This document shows, piece after piece, positions 60,590 through 64,000 of a stretch of 64,000 nt of DNA (its first letter is position 1; each line of letters starts with the position of its first letter). The notes under the pieces are model-generated. The model was not told the origin of the DNA and searched no databases. It saw only the letters and a list, made by a program, of their open reading frames with translations. Source of the DNA: Isurus oxyrinchus (taxonomy: Eukaryota). Position numbers and translations under genes: made by a program. The stretch lies in the NCBI GenBank assembly GCA_026770705.1, contig JANJGN010000151.1:1116001-1180000 (forward strand), read 5' to 3'.

Positions 60590-61700
60590 AACTATGGATT
60601 GTGCATCCTTCTCATAGAGTCATTCTTTGTCAATGGAATACATTGTTGTTCAGAGTTATGAATTAAATATCTGCCACTCCCGATCTACAGCCTTATCTTT
60701 CAACATATTGTTCCGGTCCACTGCAGCCAACCTCTGAGTTCATCCTTTTATCGTTGCCTTCATTTAACTTTAAGACCCAGTTTCAGACCTAGAGGTTTCT
60801 CATCGTCAAATTGAATGTAACATTCTTTCATGTTATGATCACTCTTGACTAGATGATGTTTTAGTATGAAATCATTCCTAATTCTGCCTCATTACACATT
60901 TACTTGCCTGTTTCCTCATTAGTTCTAGAATATATTTTTGGATTAAACTGTCCTGATTATATTCAATGAACTCATCCTCCGCCAATTCGCTTTGTCCAAT
61001 TTATTAGCAAATTACACTTAGTCATGATTATTGAAGTACTTTTCTCACAAGTCCCCATGTTTTCTTCTGTTACTATCAATCCTACCACATAACTACTGTT
61101 CGGTGACATATAAAATACTCCCAACAGTGGCTTCTTGGTCTCACTTGTATTATCTCCAAACAAGCTGATTCCACATCTTCAACTTCTGAGCCAAGATAAT
61201 TTCTCATGACTGTGCTGATTTCAGCCTTTATTACCATACCTAACCCGTGACTTTTTCATTTTGTTCTATCCTTCAGAAATGTCAAATACTCCTGAATATT
61301 CAGCCCCCTGCCTTAAGAACGTTGCATACACATCCCTGTATTGGCTGTGATATCATACACCTTTATTTCTAATTGTTCCATCAATTCATACACCTTGTTA
61401 CAAATGCTGAAGCATTCAGATAAAGAGCTTTTAAATCTGTCTTTCTGTCAGTTTTCCCTACTCTGACCCTGCTTGCTGTTGCACTCTTATATTTGTACAT
61501 TCTGTTCCTTCCTATCACACTCTGGTTATCATTACCCATATTGCTAGCCTGCACTATTGCCTTGTCCTTTCCCGTCAACTTTCTAACTTTCCCTTCATCC
61601 CAAACCTGCCCCCTCCTCCACTTTTTAGTTTAGAGCCCACTCCACAGCCCTATCTATGTGATTCACCTGGGCACTGATCCCAGTGTGGTTCAAGTGAAGG
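60590..61700 (-). mobile_element. Older CR1 fragment (endonuclease region)
   Basis: Minus ORFs DLKALYLNA and LLGVFYMSPNSS, typical of CR1 APE domains. Confidence 0.7.
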
Positions 61701-61777
61701 CCACCCCAATGCTATGGTTCCCTCTTTCCCCATTGTTGGTGCTAGTGGCCCATGAATCAAAACCCATTTCTACCAAC

Positions 61778-62045
61778 TGAGGGAGGGTCTGTACTGAGGG
61801 AGCGCTGCACTGTTGGAGAGTAAGCACTGAGGGAGCACTGCACTATCAGAGACGCAGAAGTGAGGGAGAGCTGCACTTTTGAAGAGTCAGTAATGAGGGA
61901 GTGCTGCACTGTCGGAAGGTCAGTACCAATGGGGAGCTGCACTGTTGGAGAGTCAGTAATGAGGGCGTGCTGCACTGTCAGAGTGTCAGTACTAAGGGAG
62001 TGCTGCACTGTCGGAGGGTGAGCACTGAGGGAGTGCTGCACTGTT
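61778..62045 (+). repeat. 33-bp tandem repeat (gagggagtgctgcactgtcggagggtcagtact) leading into the SINE body
   Basis: About 8 units visible. Confidence 0.9.
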
Positions 62046-62345
62046 GAAGACAGGAGAGATGTTAAACCACCACTTCGTTTGCTTTCTCTGGTGGATATAA
62101 AAGATTCCATGGCCGCTATTTGGAAGACAAGAGGAGAAAGTTCTCCCCGGTGTCCTGGGGCCAATATTTATCCCTCTTCCAATGATCTGGGTGATTATCA
62201 CGTTGCTCTTTGTGGGAGCTTGCTGTGCACAAAATGGCGTCTCATTACAACAGGGACAACATTTCAACAAGTGATATAATTGGCTGTGATGTTCTTTGGG
62301 ACGTCCTTAAGCTGTGAAAGGCGCTAGAGAAATGCAATACCTTCT
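62046..62345 (+). mobile_element. Deu-domain SINE (AmnSINE1/SacSINE1-like)
   Basis: gagatgttaaacc...ggtggatataaaagattccatggc...ctattt...gttctccccggtgtcctgg...ccaatatttatccctc...gaaaggcgctagagaaatgcaa. Confidence 0.75.
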
Positions 62346-62973
62346 ATGGCTCTAGGACTGAGAGCTGGGTATTTCTGCTCTCGTCCGGGATCACTGTGTC
62401 TAAAAGTTGTCCCCCTTGCTAATTACCTGCCTAAGATTAGCTAAGCTGTAACTAATTACTTCATCTGCTTGAAGGGGAAAATACTTGCAGGGCTGTGGGA
62501 GGAAGAGCAGGGGGGACAGTTGGACTAATTGGATAGATCTTTCAAAGAGACTGCACAGGCACGATGGGCCGAATGGCCTCCTCCTGTGCTATAAATCTCA
62601 TAAATTTGGTGGCATCCCTTCGTTGCAGGAAACCAATGGATTAAACAGATAAATGGTAAGGTGAAACACAGTGAGACCCAGTGGTAGTCGACAGACACTT
62701 AGTGAATTTAATATTCTCTCTCCTTGTTAAATGTTTAATTCTGGCTGGACTTAGATTTCTCATTAAACCTTTACCTGCTGCTAAGAGGCGAGTGATGAAT
62801 CCCCCAGGCGGGATTCCTCAACTCTTAAACCCCTCCCCAGGACTGCAATGGTTAGCTGGGGGAATTAATTTCTGGTCTGTTGAGTTGTAATCCGATTGGG
62901 TGTCTGGCTTATTGTGAGAGAACATCAAACTGACAGGGAGAGGGATGATGTTGAGGAGAGCAGGTCTCTGATG

Positions 62974-62977
<4 letters not shown>

Positions 62978-63015
<38 letters not shown>
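62978..63015. repeat. (TG)n microsatellite
   Basis: Perfect dinucleotide run. Confidence 0.95.
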
Positions 63016-63017
<2 letters not shown>

Positions 63018-63289
63018 GGGAGAGACAGGCTGTGCTGAGAGTTCAGTACAGGCAGCACCAGTGCAGCCCTGAATGATCGAGAACATCTCTCTCTGCCGGA
63101 GTGAGACTGTCCGCTATGTGGATGCTGCAGGGAAGGAAGATTGGAAGGACACTCGCAATGAGGAACTCGGTCTCTGGACGGAGCGGAAGTGAATGTGCTA
63201 CCCAATTTTCAACACCAAGTTATCAAGGGGAGAAAACAGGAATGAAACACCAGTGGCGAAAGGTTGGTGATGCAGGTTGATAGAGACAT

Positions 63290-63890
63290 TTAGAAGAGCA
63301 ATAAACACTTGGTTTCATTTCTAGAGGGTGAGCATTGAAAAACAGAGGTTTTGTTCTACCCTGTATCAAGAGATGGGAGCACTGTGCACGGTTCTGGCCT
63401 CCATATTATAAAAAAGGATATAGAGGCACCAGAGAAGATGCAAAACAAATAAGATTTACAAGGATGATTCCAAATCTGAGAGGTTATAACCATCAGGAAA
63501 GACTGAACAGGCTGAGGCTCTTTTCTCCAGAAAAGAGAAGGCTGAGAGGATGACCTGATCATGGTCCTTAACATGATGAAAGGGTTTCGAGCGGGTAGCC
63601 ATAGAGAAGATGTGGAGGAGACCAGAACTGGATTGTGGGTGTAGGGATGGTTAGTGGTTATCAATATAAGATAGTCATTAATAAATCCAAAGGGGAATTC
63701 AGGACAATTTACCCAGAGAGTGGGAAGAATGTGGAACTCGCTCCCATAGGGAGTGGTCGAGGTGTAAAGCATTTAAGGGAAAGAGTTAGGGGTGGGGGTG
63801 GTGGTAGTGGGACTAACCTGATTGCTCGTCAGAAGTTCTGGCATGGACTCGATGGGCTGAATGGTCTCCTTCAGTGCTGCACAATTGGGT
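63290..63890 (+). mobile_element. CR1 3' fragment (decayed)
   Basis: EHCARFWPPYYKK...ERLNRLRLFSPEKRRLRG; gatgggctgaatgg 3' motif. Confidence 0.8.
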
Positions 63891-64000
63891 GAACGGGAGC
63901 AAACTTTCAGCCAAGCTTTCTTTCTATATCCAAACTGGTTGGGTTAAGACCTTTCAAAACCTAATTGTACCACCCTGTGATAACCCACTCCCTCTCGAAG

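Overview
This window is non-bacterial DNA from a cartilaginous fish (shark-like). Its centre is one complete, apparently intact IgM heavy-chain minilocus on the + strand (21.46-37.3 kb): leader, VH with a 23-RSS, one free D (12/22 RSS), a J carrying a 12-RSS, Cmu1-Cmu4 with secretory tailpiece, and TM1/TM2 exons. All exons have GT-AG junctions in compatible phase. The J most likely represents a germline-joined D2-J, which gives a TCR-beta-like V23-12D22-12J signal layout. The 8-kb J-C intron holds an ~430-bp duplication, an octamer, CA/CT and CTCA repeats, a stearoyl-CoA-desaturase-like exon fragment, and a 1.4-kb G-rich sense-strand repeat with GAGCTGGGGT motifs (switch-region-like). Upstream (1-20 kb) are a 54-bp (2x27) satellite family in both orientations, an ~67-bp satellite, and CR1, RTE, Penelope and SINE relics. 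Downstream (37.5-64 kb) are decayed tRNA-Glu/Thr copies, C2H2 zinc-finger genes/pseudogenes with CpG-type promoters, many CR1 LINE fragments, a Deu-domain SINE, and Penelope ends with minimal hammerhead-like motifs. Repeat boundaries are approximate, and family assignments come from recalled motifs, not database searches.
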